DNA from: an uncultured Rhodopirellula sp. | GTDB lineage: Bacteria; Planctomycetota; Planctomycetia; Pirellulales; Pirellulaceae | DNA length: 38,181 bases | Assembly: GCA_964007735.1 (NCBI GenBank) | Contig: CAXGAI010000042.1 | Location: 1 to 38,181 of the forward strand | Direction: 5' to 3' | Shown here: positions 19,317-28,679 of the stretch, one piece after another | How the letters are laid out: each line of letters begins with the position of its first letter | Position numbering within the stretch: position 1 is the stretch's first letter | Made by a program: the position numbers and the translations under genes | The notes under the pieces: model-generated | Told to the model about the DNA's origin: nothing | Databases searched by the model: none | The model's input: the letters and a program-made list of their open reading frames with translations, nothing else

Positions 19317-20645
19317 CTACGCCCGCAACGCGGCCAGTTCACCGGTACTGTCAGCGAAGCCGTCATGCGGGATGCCCATGGCGTCCAGCATTGTGACGAA
19401 CACATTACTAAGTGGCATATTGGCTCCGGGCTTGAGGAATTGATTGTGCTTAAAGCCCATCGCTTTACCTCCGGCCAGAATTAGCGGGTAGTTCGAATTG
19501 TTATGCGTCTTACTATTGCTGCTGCCATAAAAGACCAACGTGTTGTCCAGCAACGAGCCGTCGTATTCCTGACTATCACTCAGACGTTGAATAAAGCGAC
19601 TTAGCTGATTGGCCAACAATTGATCAAATCGTCCTAGCTTTTCCGCACCGTCACCTTTACCCGCCCCATGAGCCAGGCCATGCCAATTCCCTTGCAGTCC
19701 CAGACACGCCGGAAATGCATTGGCAATTGTCGTTGCTCCGGCAACCTGCCCCAGCATATAGGTCGCAACACGTGTGGAATCCGTTTGGAATGCGAGAAAG
19801 ATCAAATCGTACATAGCTTGCATATATTCGACGGGCAGGCTTTGATCAACAGAAAGACTGACTTCATCTTCTGAAACCTCGGGCTTAGGAATATCCAACC
19901 ATGCCGTAGATCGATTGACTCGCTGTTCGATATCACGAACACTTGCGAGATAATCTTCAAGCTTGCGTTGATCCTGACGTCCCAATCGGTTCTTCATCGA
20001 ACGACTATTCTCTAACACCAAATCAAGCATGGAACTTGTATTCTGCAAACGTCGTCGTTGTACTTTAGTGGATGCATCACCCGCACCAAATAGCCGATCG
20101 AAGATTTGACGCGGACTGGATAACGCCGGAATTGGCCGTCCTTGCGATGTAAATGAAAGCGTAGTTGCTCGTGTCGGTTCACCTACGCCACCATCGCTGG
20201 ACAGTACCAAGGAACCGAATCTTGTTTCTTCACCTACATATCCCGCAATATGCTGATCCAGTGAAATACCGTTCCTGTAATCAGCCCCTCGGAAGCTAGC
20301 TCCTGTCAGAAAGATATCTCCCGTATCATGCCCGCCCATTTTACGACCCGCTGGATGCGCCAGCGACCCTAACACGGTAACCTGCTCACGTAATGGCTCA
20401 AGAGACTCAAGAGATTTACGAAACCGGAACGAATCATCTTTCTCTTCAGGAAACCAATTCCATTCGGAATATTCGGACTTGTCATTAGGCAAGCTGACGC
20501 CAAACGGGAAGTAGACAGAGGCCAGACGTTTAGGAGCCTGCTTTGCCGGAGCGGCCTGTCCCATGCTTTCCATCCATGGTAACGCGAACGCTACGCCGGT
20601 TCCCTTTAGAAAAGTCCGTCTATCTAAATGCCATGATTTGTTCAT
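19317..20645 (-). CDS. DUF1552 domain protein (Tat signal)
   Basis: LDRRTFLKGTG...LPWMESM, ISLDQ, FDRLFG, AFQTDSTRVAT, SLLDNTL and NYPLILAGG. Paired with a DUF1592 gene. Confidence 0.93.
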   Translation of the reverse strand: MNKSWHLDRRTFLKGTGVAFALPWMESMGQAAPAKQAPKRLASVYFPFGVSLPNDKSEYSEWNWFPEEKDDSFRFRKSLESLEPLREQVTVLGSLAHPAGRKMGGHDTGDIFLTGASFRGADYRNGISLDQHIAGYVGEETRFGSLVLSSDGGVGEPTRATTLSFTSQGRPIPALSSPRQIFDRLFGAGDASTKVQRRRLQNTSSMLDLVLENSRSMKNRLGRQDQRKLEDYLASVRDIEQRVNRSTAWLDIPKPEVSEDEVSLSVDQSLPVEYMQAMYDLIFLAFQTDSTRVATYMLGQVAGATTIANAFPACLGLQGNWHGLAHGAGKGDGAEKLGRFDQLLANQLSRFIQRLSDSQEYDGSLLDNTLVFYGSSNSKTHNNSNYPLILAGGKAMGFKHNQFLKPGANMPLSNVFVTMLDAMGIPHDGFADSTGELAALRA

Positions 20646-20687
20646 GTTTAATTCTCGATCTGGTACAAATACCTGCGGCTAACACCA

Positions 20688-23057
20688 CTATTTTGATTGA
20701 AACATCGGCGACTGCACAATCTCAACCAGCAGTTTTCTCATATTATAATCATCGGCAATAAACTGTCTGGTCAAGTTTGAAACTTCCGCTTCGTCCGTAA
20801 ACTCTAAACTACGTCCCAATGCATACGTGGTGACTTTCCTTACAAAAGCTCTCGCAAATCGTTCAGATTCGTGCTCCATCAAATATTCCTGAAAGCCTGC
20901 CACGCCGGTCACTTCCACCCCAGACGGCAACTGGGCATGAGAATCTAATTCTGCCTGCACCGACTTCCCTTTAACCATCCGCAAACCAAATTCCCGCCAA
21001 CGCCCAATGGCGTCATAATTTTCAAAGGGAATACCCCAGCCATCAATGCCTCGATGACAACTATTACAACTGGCCTTTTGTCGGTGTAATTCCAACTGCC
21101 GCTTCATCGTGAGTGATGCCAAATCAGCTTTTTCTGATTCCAAGGCCGGCACATCCGGGGGAGGGGGCGCCGGAGGATCGTCTAGCAGGCGGTCCAGAAT
21201 CCAGACGGCTCGTTTAATCGGATGCGAATCCTCCCCATTGGAATTGATCAGGAGGAAACTCCCCTGAGTCATCAATCCGCCTCGATTTTCATTCCCTCGC
21301 AAGGCAACGCGAGCAAATTGACTACTACCGGGATCAGGGAGACCATAGTGTTTCGCCAAACTTTGATTAATCACGACAAAATCACTCTTCAGAAAACTGA
21401 GCGCACTCAAATCGTGATACAGTACATGGCCCACAAATTGAATCGTCTCTTCCGCCATTTGGGACTTTAATCGTTCGTCGAATCCTTTATAGTACTGTGG
21501 ATTAACGGCAATCCGGTTTAGCCCGGACAAGTCCAGCCATTGCGAAGTAAAATTACGAACGAACTGCCAACTACGCTGGTCTTCTGTCATGCGTCGAATC
21601 TGCTTCTCAAGCACATCTGATTGTGAAAGCTCTTTTCTTTCGGCCAGCTCAAACAGTTCTTGGTCAGGCATCGAACTCCAAAGAAAGTACGACAACCGGG
21701 TTGCCAATTCATGATCGGTCAATGGCTGCGTCTTTCCACCTGATTCCACCGGCTCTGCTAAATACAGGAATTCCGGCGAGATGAGTACGAGTGCCAGAGT
21801 TTCACGTATTGCCTCTTCAAAGGTTTCACTATCGGGAGCAATGGTCTCATAAAAACCCACTACCTTTTTCACCTCTTCTTTCGTGACAGGCCGGCGAAAC
21901 GCCCGCCGCATAAATTGACGAACCACTTTTTCGACATATTCGTCTTCGCCGACACCTTCAGCTGGAAGAATCGTCCTATGATGCCTTGGCGGCCAAGAAT
22001 CATAGAGAGGCCCTTCAAAGGTAACACTCTGCACGAAAACACATGGCTCTGTCGAAGGCGGACGTGGCTCACCTTTTTTAGGCACCGCCTCCGGAAGCGC
22101 GGTCAAATTTTTCAAACGCACCTGAATGCCGGGATACTTGGGATTCTTCCCCGGCAAAGGAAAGGATTCAATCCGCCCCTCGAAAACAAGTGTCTCCGGT
22201 TGCTCTTCGGTTCCGACAACCTCCTGGACAACCAGCCTTCGACTTGGTGAAAGTGTGTCACTGCGAATACCAATATTAACTTCTAACTCCGGGACAGATT
22301 TCCCCTTCGGAATCTTAGAGTAGGCCTGAATCGTGACCCGGAATTTACCGGTCCTGGGAAATTGATTAATTCCGGCAATGAATTGATTACGCCCATCCAG
22401 CATCTCACCATTCGTATTATTATCCCGCCCCCCCTTAATACTCTTCTCGACCATTTGCGTATGAACTTCGGGTTGTTCTCCGGATACAATCACCTTAGAC
22501 ATGGCCTGACGAGCTGCTGCCAAATAATACTCCATTTGAATCGGCGAGATTCCCAGCACCTGCCCGTTATTGAGAAAACCATCTACCGACTTAGACTCCG
22601 GAGGTAGGTTTTCCGCGTAATCAAATTCGATTCCCAGCAGATCACGAAGTGTATTGTTGTATTCGTAATTCGTTAAACGTCGAAACACAACTTTTCCACC
22701 AGTACTCTGTTTGGCTTCCGTGGCACGGGCTATTTCATCCGTGAGCCAATTCACAAGTATTTTCCGCTCTCTCTCCGGTAATGCCATGGCACCTTTAGGT
22801 GGCATCTTTCCCTGATTGATACGGTTCAGCGCATCATGCCATGTCTCGCCATCAACACCGTTATACAAATCCGGATCCAGCAACGTCATACGTGGACTCG
22901 CTTCACCATCCGGCCCATGACATTCATAGCAATACTGCTTGAGAACAGGCTCTACCTTAGAACGAAACGTTTTGAGGTCCGGTTCCACACCTTGTACTAA
23001 CGGCACAAAGAACAAAGCCGAAAACAATATCATATTTTTATATAAGCAATTCAACAT
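20688..23057 (-). CDS. DUF1592/DUF1588/DUF1587/DUF1595/DUF1585 protein with N-terminal planctomycete cytochrome c domain
   Basis: CYECH heme motif with MPP, RRLTNYEYNNTLRDLLG, RRAFRRP, ELATRLSYFLWSSMPD, SHPIKRAVWI, CNSCH and YALGRSL. Confidence 0.93.
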   Translation of the reverse strand: MLNCLYKNMILFSALFFVPLVQGVEPDLKTFRSKVEPVLKQYCYECHGPDGEASPRMTLLDPDLYNGVDGETWHDALNRINQGKMPPKGAMALPERERKILVNWLTDEIARATEAKQSTGGKVVFRRLTNYEYNNTLRDLLGIEFDYAENLPPESKSVDGFLNNGQVLGISPIQMEYYLAAARQAMSKVIVSGEQPEVHTQMVEKSIKGGRDNNTNGEMLDGRNQFIAGINQFPRTGKFRVTIQAYSKIPKGKSVPELEVNIGIRSDTLSPSRRLVVQEVVGTEEQPETLVFEGRIESFPLPGKNPKYPGIQVRLKNLTALPEAVPKKGEPRPPSTEPCVFVQSVTFEGPLYDSWPPRHHRTILPAEGVGEDEYVEKVVRQFMRRAFRRPVTKEEVKKVVGFYETIAPDSETFEEAIRETLALVLISPEFLYLAEPVESGGKTQPLTDHELATRLSYFLWSSMPDQELFELAERKELSQSDVLEKQIRRMTEDQRSWQFVRNFTSQWLDLSGLNRIAVNPQYYKGFDERLKSQMAEETIQFVGHVLYHDLSALSFLKSDFVVINQSLAKHYGLPDPGSSQFARVALRGNENRGGLMTQGSFLLINSNGEDSHPIKRAVWILDRLLDDPPAPPPPDVPALESEKADLASLTMKRQLELHRQKASCNSCHRGIDGWGIPFENYDAIGRWREFGLRMVKGKSVQAELDSHAQLPSGVEVTGVAGFQEYLMEHESERFARAFVRKVTTYALGRSLEFTDEAEVSNLTRQFIADDYNMRKLLVEIVQSPMFQSK

Positions 23058-23063
23058 CGCTCT

Positions 23064-23090
23064 ATTCTATCACCCACACTCAAATTTGAG
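23064..23090 (-). promoter_or_regulatory. Candidate extended -10 promoter (TGnTAGAAT) with an upstream 12-bp palindrome
   Basis: The minus strand reads CTCAAATTTGAG-tgtggg-TGA-TAGAAT-agagcg-ATG(23057). Confidence 0.45.
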
Positions 23091-23174
23091 ATGTCTCTTC
23101 CGATGCCCCCGGCGTGTCTTTATTGGCAGTGCCTATCGCAGAACCACATTCGGCATCCCCCACCTCACGCAGCC

Positions 23175-24110
23175 TTATTTTATGCCCTCGCGGAACTTCA
23201 TTTCTGTTTCCAACAGATTCGTTGCAACCCCAGCGATTTCTTCTGCCTCAGATTCATTGACAGGTGACATCATTGGCAGCAGGGGACCGGTATCTGCTAT
23301 GCCGGCGCCCGCTACTGCCGAATGCAAAACTCGCACCGGGTTAATACCGTTTCGCAAATCTTCCAAAGGCTTAAAGATACGCCGGACTTGCTCAGCGGCC
23401 ACGTAATCTCCAGTTTGAATCAATCGCAGCATATGCATAGAAAGGGCCGGAGCTACACAAACACATCCAGACGTAAAGGCCGTCACATCGAATTTCTGCA
23501 TATGCGGAAGGGCTGGTTGCTCACCAATACCACTCACAATCATCTCCGCACCGATCGCATCCTTCAGTCTGGAAAGATATTCATCTTGCGCAGGTTGCTC
23601 TCGTACTATGGCATACTTGATCCATGAAACTGAGCCATTATCAACCAGACGTTTCACATTTTCAACTTCAAGATAGCCCAGTTGTTTGATATAAACGACC
23701 GCAGGTTTTCCAGCAGCCTGTACGAAATCTCCAATCGCTCTTTCGACCCCGGCATACGTCACAACATTTGGCTGCGGCAGCACCATCGCCGTCGGAAAAG
23801 CCGTACGGCTAAGTTCCCGGGCTTGATCCATCATCATGCCGTAAGACGAGCCAACGGAGGGTATCACTAACGAGTCTTCGGCGACGACTCTCTCCAGCAT
23901 TGCCAACAATTCTCCATACTGACTGGGAGCTACGTGATACAACAACGCATTCCCACCGTACAGCAAAGTGGAAACCCCTCCCGCTTCCAAATGCTGGACC
24001 ATTTTACGGTTCTCGGCTTCAGCTAATGACAAATCAGCTTGGCGAGCCAAGGGGGGGACTGAAATAACGCTGCCAGCCAGATCTTGTTTTGTTATTGGAG
24101 AAGTTTGCAT
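23175..24110 (-). CDS. Dihydrodipicolinate synthase (DHDPS/NAL) family lyase
   Basis: SVPPLAR start; YGGNA in place of the canonical GTTGE; VVYIK Tyr; WIKYA Schiff-base Lys; SGIGE and FTSG. Confidence 0.85.
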   Translation of the reverse strand: MQTSPITKQDLAGSVISVPPLARQADLSLAEAENRKMVQHLEAGGVSTLLYGGNALLYHVAPSQYGELLAMLERVVAEDSLVIPSVGSSYGMMMDQARELSRTAFPTAMVLPQPNVVTYAGVERAIGDFVQAAGKPAVVYIKQLGYLEVENVKRLVDNGSVSWIKYAIVREQPAQDEYLSRLKDAIGAEMIVSGIGEQPALPHMQKFDVTAFTSGCVCVAPALSMHMLRLIQTGDYVAAEQVRRIFKPLEDLRNGINPVRVLHSAVAGAGIADTGPLLPMMSPVNESEAEEIAGVATNLLETEMKFREGIK

Positions 24111-24127
24111 AGATTTGAGTTCGAAAA

Positions 24128-25054
24128 TTAAGGGCTAAATTTTATTCGGTATTCTACCACGACTCCACGATGATCGGTCGGCCATGGTGCGACGACAACA
24201 TGAGCATTAACCTTTGACTCACCAACGACTGCAGCCTGTTTGACTGTAGAATCTGGCAAACTACTGAAAACAAAGTCAATTCGATCGTGACGATCCGCAG
24301 GATCTGTGGATTTTGTCGTGGGAGTCCAAGTCCACCCCGGCTCTTTGATCGGATCTTTACGAACAGCACGAAATCCATCCTTCATTCCCGCCCCGGTAAT
24401 ACGCAGCGTCGTCGGATAAGCAACCTTGATCGGTATTCGCCCTCGCTCTGCCACTGCCTCGGTCCAGTCCTGATGAGAGGGTTCATTAAAATCACCGGTT
24501 AAAAAACAAACCTTCCCTGCTTTCAAGCTCATTTTCAACTCGGATAACATCCGTAACACCTGATCTCCTCGAGCTTCATTGGCCCAGTGAACCGCCTCTT
24601 TTTCAGTCTTAATAAAGGGAAAGTCTCCGTACGGAATTCTCGCAAGCTGGTAAGGCTGATACGGGATATAGTGAAAGTGAACGTTGTATGCGTGAACGAC
24701 GATTCCAGCGGGCAGTTTGACATGCACCCCCCACTTCTTTGGCGTATGCCCCACAATCGGATACCTCGAAATCACCGACGTCCGACCTCCCTGCGCGAAA
24801 TGATGCCACTTTAGCACCCTAGCTAATTCAACGGAGCTATCCCCATCTTGATTCTCTGTTTCCTGCAATCCAACAATATCCGCCTTAGCTGCTTGAATTG
24901 CCTTCACCGTTTGCGACAGAGGCTGTCCTAACCGAGTACCGCCATGGTAAAGATTAAGTGTCATCACTCGCAGCGAAGAGGGATCTTCCGCTTTCAAAGC
25001 GGATAGAAGAATTACCATTAGTAGGAAGCTGTACAAAGTCTTTCGAATCATCAT
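24128..25054 (-). CDS. Secreted EEP family protein
   Basis: Signal peptide; VMTLN, ADIVGLQE, TGDFNEPSH, DRIDFVF and WPTDHRGV motifs. Confidence 0.9.
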   Translation of the reverse strand: MMIRKTLYSFLLMVILLSALKAEDPSSLRVMTLNLYHGGTRLGQPLSQTVKAIQAAKADIVGLQETENQDGDSSVELARVLKWHHFAQGGRTSVISRYPIVGHTPKKWGVHVKLPAGIVVHAYNVHFHYIPYQPYQLARIPYGDFPFIKTEKEAVHWANEARGDQVLRMLSELKMSLKAGKVCFLTGDFNEPSHQDWTEAVAERGRIPIKVAYPTTLRITGAGMKDGFRAVRKDPIKEPGWTWTPTTKSTDPADRHDRIDFVFSSLPDSTVKQAAVVGESKVNAHVVVAPWPTDHRGVVVEYRIKFSP

Positions 25055-26103
25055 GACCGTTGTTCCTCAATTTCCACCGGAATACCCGTATCAACAGACT
25101 CTTGAGCGGCGACGCACATGGCAACCGACCAGCGACCATCATCGCCCGTGGCATGTAACTCGCCACCATTACGAACGGCATTTACCATCATTGCCATCTG
25201 ATCCTGCAATTCGAACACCTCCCCAGTCATTCTGTCTGGTGTAAGGTCGAGTACTTCGTCGTTTTTGGTGTTATAAGCCTTTAAGGTGAAATCAGGGTGC
25301 AAGGTTCTATCCTGAGCACCGCTCCAACTCGCCCAAATCGCACCCTCTGTGCCAGTGCATTTGACCATTTGGTGATGTTCAAATGCACTCAAAGTCTGAG
25401 TGATCACCGCATAGGCTCCCCTTTCAAAATTCATTAACGCGCTAAAGTTATCCTGCAATTCAGGATGGCCGTTCTGACGCGAATTCGCACGGGCAAATAT
25501 ACTCTTCGGATTCCCCGCCTTTGCTAAATACCAGCGAGCCAAATCAAAAAAGTGAATTGGTTCTTCAAGAATCCAGTTCCCCACACGTTCAATATCAAAT
25601 CGCCATCCTTCCGCACCATGCCGATATGGCTTACGGGACAATTCGACGAGGCAATATTGAGGTTCTCCAATATAACCCTCCTCTACAAGGTCCTTGACCT
25701 TTTTCCACATGGACGATAACCGCAATTCATGTCCGACTGCCAGCAAACAGTTATTGACTCTGGCCGCATCTAAAATCGCATTACAATCCTCAATCGTGAT
25801 GGCCATCGGCTTTTCCAGCAAGACATGCTTACCTGCTTCGAGTGCTGCCACCGCGACCTCGCGATGAAGATGACTAGGAACTACAATGTCGACAACATCG
25901 ATCTCGTCTAGTCCGATTAACTGGCGATAGTCCATCGTCGTTACAGCCTGTGGATATTTTCGTCGGGCCGCATCACAAGTAGATTCCGACTTTGCTGCGA
26001 TAGCTTGAACGACGGCACCCTCCGTCGCAGAAATTGCTTCAGCATGACAATTACCCCAAGCTCCAAAGCCAACAATCCCAAATCTCAGATCTGAATCACT
26101 CAT
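25051..26103 (-). CDS. Cytoplasmic Gfo/Idh/MocA family oxidoreductase
   Basis: GIVGFGAWG Rossmann motif, AGKHVLLEKPMA, VGHELR and EEPIHFFD. Confidence 0.92.
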   Translation of the reverse strand: MSDSDLRFGIVGFGAWGNCHAEAISATEGAVVQAIAAKSESTCDAARRKYPQAVTTMDYRQLIGLDEIDVVDIVVPSHLHREVAVAALEAGKHVLLEKPMAITIEDCNAILDAARVNNCLLAVGHELRLSSMWKKVKDLVEEGYIGEPQYCLVELSRKPYRHGAEGWRFDIERVGNWILEEPIHFFDLARWYLAKAGNPKSIFARANSRQNGHPELQDNFSALMNFERGAYAVITQTLSAFEHHQMVKCTGTEGAIWASWSGAQDRTLHPDFTLKAYNTKNDEVLDLTPDRMTGEVFELQDQMAMMVNAVRNGGELHATGDDGRWSVAMCVAAQESVDTGIPVEIEEQRS

Positions 26104-26111
26104 CGTTAATA

Positions 26112-27269
26112 CTAGTCCTTTCTCACTGTCTGCAGATCTTCCAATTTCACTGCGGAAATCGCAACATCCTCTTTATTGACACTATGGACCACCAAAAGCA
26201 GTTCTTTCCATACGTAACCATGCGGATATTGCCAACCATCCATTTTGTGTTGCCCCTCGAACCTTTTGTTGGCAGGCTCGTCGCGAAGGATCCAGCAATT
26301 CTCAAACGACTTCCCTCCGTTACTACTAACCGAAACAATTAAGGCACGGCGATCAAACTTTTTGTGTAGTGAATTCCCTATCAGGTACCGTTGGCCCCCC
26401 GGCAGATTACCTGTGGCAAACCGCGCTGTACTATCCGGAATTCCTGAATCCATCAAGGCACTCCAGTTCTGTCCCAAATCAGTACTTCGAGAAACAAGTA
26501 AACGACCTGTATAATTTCTAAATAAGCCAAGGACATCGTGTTCCCGCTGGATAAAGTTTGGTTCTGCATAGCCAATCCTCGTCAAGTCGCCCTCATCAAT
26601 CTTTGTTACCGTCCATCCGGTAGCCAGCGATCCTCCATCATGATAGATCAGTTTACTCCGCATCTGCTTTCGCTCTCGTTCCGATACATATTCCCCCCCC
26701 ATCATCAGCCGTCTATTACTCAGAACTACCGGTGGATTGATATAAAATCCTGAAGTGATGCGATGAGGGTCCGACCAGACTTTCCCATCGGACGATTCAC
26801 TAAAGTACAAGGCCGTATCTTCATGAAAGTTCTTACCCGGTGTAATCGTGTAGAACGCAACCAATTTCTCCTGCCAAACCAGAAACCCCGAAGCTACAAA
26901 CACACATTTTTCATACTTCTTTACCTGCTGCTCCGCAAGCAGGGTCCTGGCCTCAGTCCAATTCCGAGCATCTCCACTGGAAGAAATAACAAGTCTTTGA
27001 CCGGGCTCGTCTTCACCAATTTCCCCGTTTGACCAGGCACAATACAGCAAGCCCTTGAATTCAATGAGACAGGGGTGATGGCAAAACTTGTACTTTCCCT
27101 CTCGCGCACGGTAAACGTAATCCAGTCGACTTGGGAGTTTGTTCACCGCCGGGGTGACCCCGTCTGATCCGGCTTGATACATCGATGGCGGGAACTCAAC
27201 AATCGGTTCCATTGAATTCACCGAATCGACGGTTAACACAAGCGCAATTAGGCAGGTCAGGAATCTCAT
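26112..27269 (-). CDS. Secreted BNR/Asp-box beta-propeller (sialidase-like)
   Basis: Asp boxes SSSGDARNWT, SESSDGKVWS, SRSTDLGQNWS and SVSSNGGKSF; YAEP and C-terminal WQYP. Start moved to ATG 27269 (GGAGAG RBS, signal peptide, ATGA overlap with the MFS stop). Confidence 0.85.
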   Translation of the reverse strand: MRFLTCLIALVLTVDSVNSMEPIVEFPPSMYQAGSDGVTPAVNKLPSRLDYVYRAREGKYKFCHHPCLIEFKGLLYCAWSNGEIGEDEPGQRLVISSSGDARNWTEARTLLAEQQVKKYEKCVFVASGFLVWQEKLVAFYTITPGKNFHEDTALYFSESSDGKVWSDPHRITSGFYINPPVVLSNRRLMMGGEYVSERERKQMRSKLIYHDGGSLATGWTVTKIDEGDLTRIGYAEPNFIQREHDVLGLFRNYTGRLLVSRSTDLGQNWSALMDSGIPDSTARFATGNLPGGQRYLIGNSLHKKFDRRALIVSVSSNGGKSFENCWILRDEPANKRFEGQHKMDGWQYPHGYVWKELLLVVHSVNKEDVAISAVKLEDLQTVRKD

Positions 27270-28651
27270 ATCAACTCTCCTTCGACAACATCCTTCGTTT
27301 CCGGAGCGAACGCCAGAACGATCAGGGCTAACAGAAACAAGCCGGATAAATATGCTCCCACTTGTATTTGAGATAACTCCCACCTACTCTGCATGGTTCC
27401 GGTGAGGACAAGGATTGGGGCGGCAATGATACGCCCGGCATTAAAGCAAAATCCAGTACCTGTCCCCCGCATTCTTGTTGGATAGAGCTCTGGAAAATAG
27501 ATTGCATAACCAGCATGCATCCCGACGGTAAAAAAACCAAATATAACCAGCAACGGATATAGCGCCGTCGTTGAGAAATTCCCGAGAAATACCACCAGCG
27601 AAATAATAACCGCTATGACATGGTAAAAAGCGAAAGCCGGACGTCTTCCGTAACGTTGACAGATCGGACCAAACGCCAGTAGCCCTAAGCCGGCACCCGT
27701 TGTCGCACAAAGCATACCGATCATCTCGTAATACTTCAATTCGTTTTCAGGAGCCCGTTGATCAGCCTCTTCGATTTGTTCAGCCTGAGCAGCATTTTTC
27801 ATTACATTCTTTCCATAGATATGCACGCCCCAAAATGTCGCAAGCCCAATGGCTGCCAGCAGCACTCCTACAATCGTCCGAGATCTAAACTGTTGACTAA
27901 AAAGATCACCAATTCTTCCTAACGGTTGAGCATTCTGTGACGTAGCCTGCTGACGAGCCTGCTGCCAGCTATCCGGCTCCTTCAGGCTCATACGGATCCA
28001 AATTATTAAAAGCGCTGGAACGACACCAAGAACAAACCCCAGTCGCCAGGGAATCGTAGACTTGTCAATAAAATCAACATCCAGTCCAGCGGCCCAGTGC
28101 TGGATCGATTCGTTTCCAATAAGAAAGATTCCCGCCATCACCGCCAGATAGGTACCAAAAACACTGGACGCATGAAATATACCACCGACGTGCGCTCGTG
28201 ATCGTTTGGGAAAAACCTCGTTTACCATGGCGCTGGCAATGGCCCATTCACCTCCAACTCCCATCGCCACTAAAAAGCGAAAGCCTGCCATATGCCACCA
28301 CTGCTGAGAGAAAGCGGAAATACAGGTAAACAGGGAATAAAAGAGAATTGTGATCGACATGGTTCTGGTGCGACCAATTCGATCACTCAACATGCCAAAG
28401 AAAATACCACCCACAGCACCGCCCAGCAAAAAGGCTGCCAACGCGATATTGTTGTAGGTGGGAATATTGGCAGCATTTTCCTGACTAACAAGCGACGGCA
28501 TCGCTTCATTCATGCTGGCAACAAAAATCTGACCTTCAAATACATCAAAGATCCAGCCGAGCGACGCAATTATCAGAACTGTCCACTGATACCGCGTTAT
28601 ACCCTCGTACCATTTCAGCTTCTCATCGGTTTCAATACTGGATTTCATCAA
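27266..28651 (-). CDS. MFS transporter (metabolite/acid-sugar type)
   Basis: About 12 TM helices; GMLSDRIGRTR motif A, GVGGEW and FPELYPTRMRGTG. Confidence 0.93.
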   Translation of the reverse strand: MMKSSIETDEKLKWYEGITRYQWTVLIIASLGWIFDVFEGQIFVASMNEAMPSLVSQENAANIPTYNNIALAAFLLGGAVGGIFFGMLSDRIGRTRTMSITILFYSLFTCISAFSQQWWHMAGFRFLVAMGVGGEWAIASAMVNEVFPKRSRAHVGGIFHASSVFGTYLAVMAGIFLIGNESIQHWAAGLDVDFIDKSTIPWRLGFVLGVVPALLIIWIRMSLKEPDSWQQARQQATSQNAQPLGRIGDLFSQQFRSRTIVGVLLAAIGLATFWGVHIYGKNVMKNAAQAEQIEEADQRAPENELKYYEMIGMLCATTGAGLGLLAFGPICQRYGRRPAFAFYHVIAVIISLVVFLGNFSTTALYPLLVIFGFFTVGMHAGYAIYFPELYPTRMRGTGTGFCFNAGRIIAAPILVLTGTMQSRWELSQIQVGAYLSGLFLLALIVLAFAPETKDVVEGELI

Positions 28652-28679
28652 CCTGTTATTACCTTGCTTTTACTAACTT

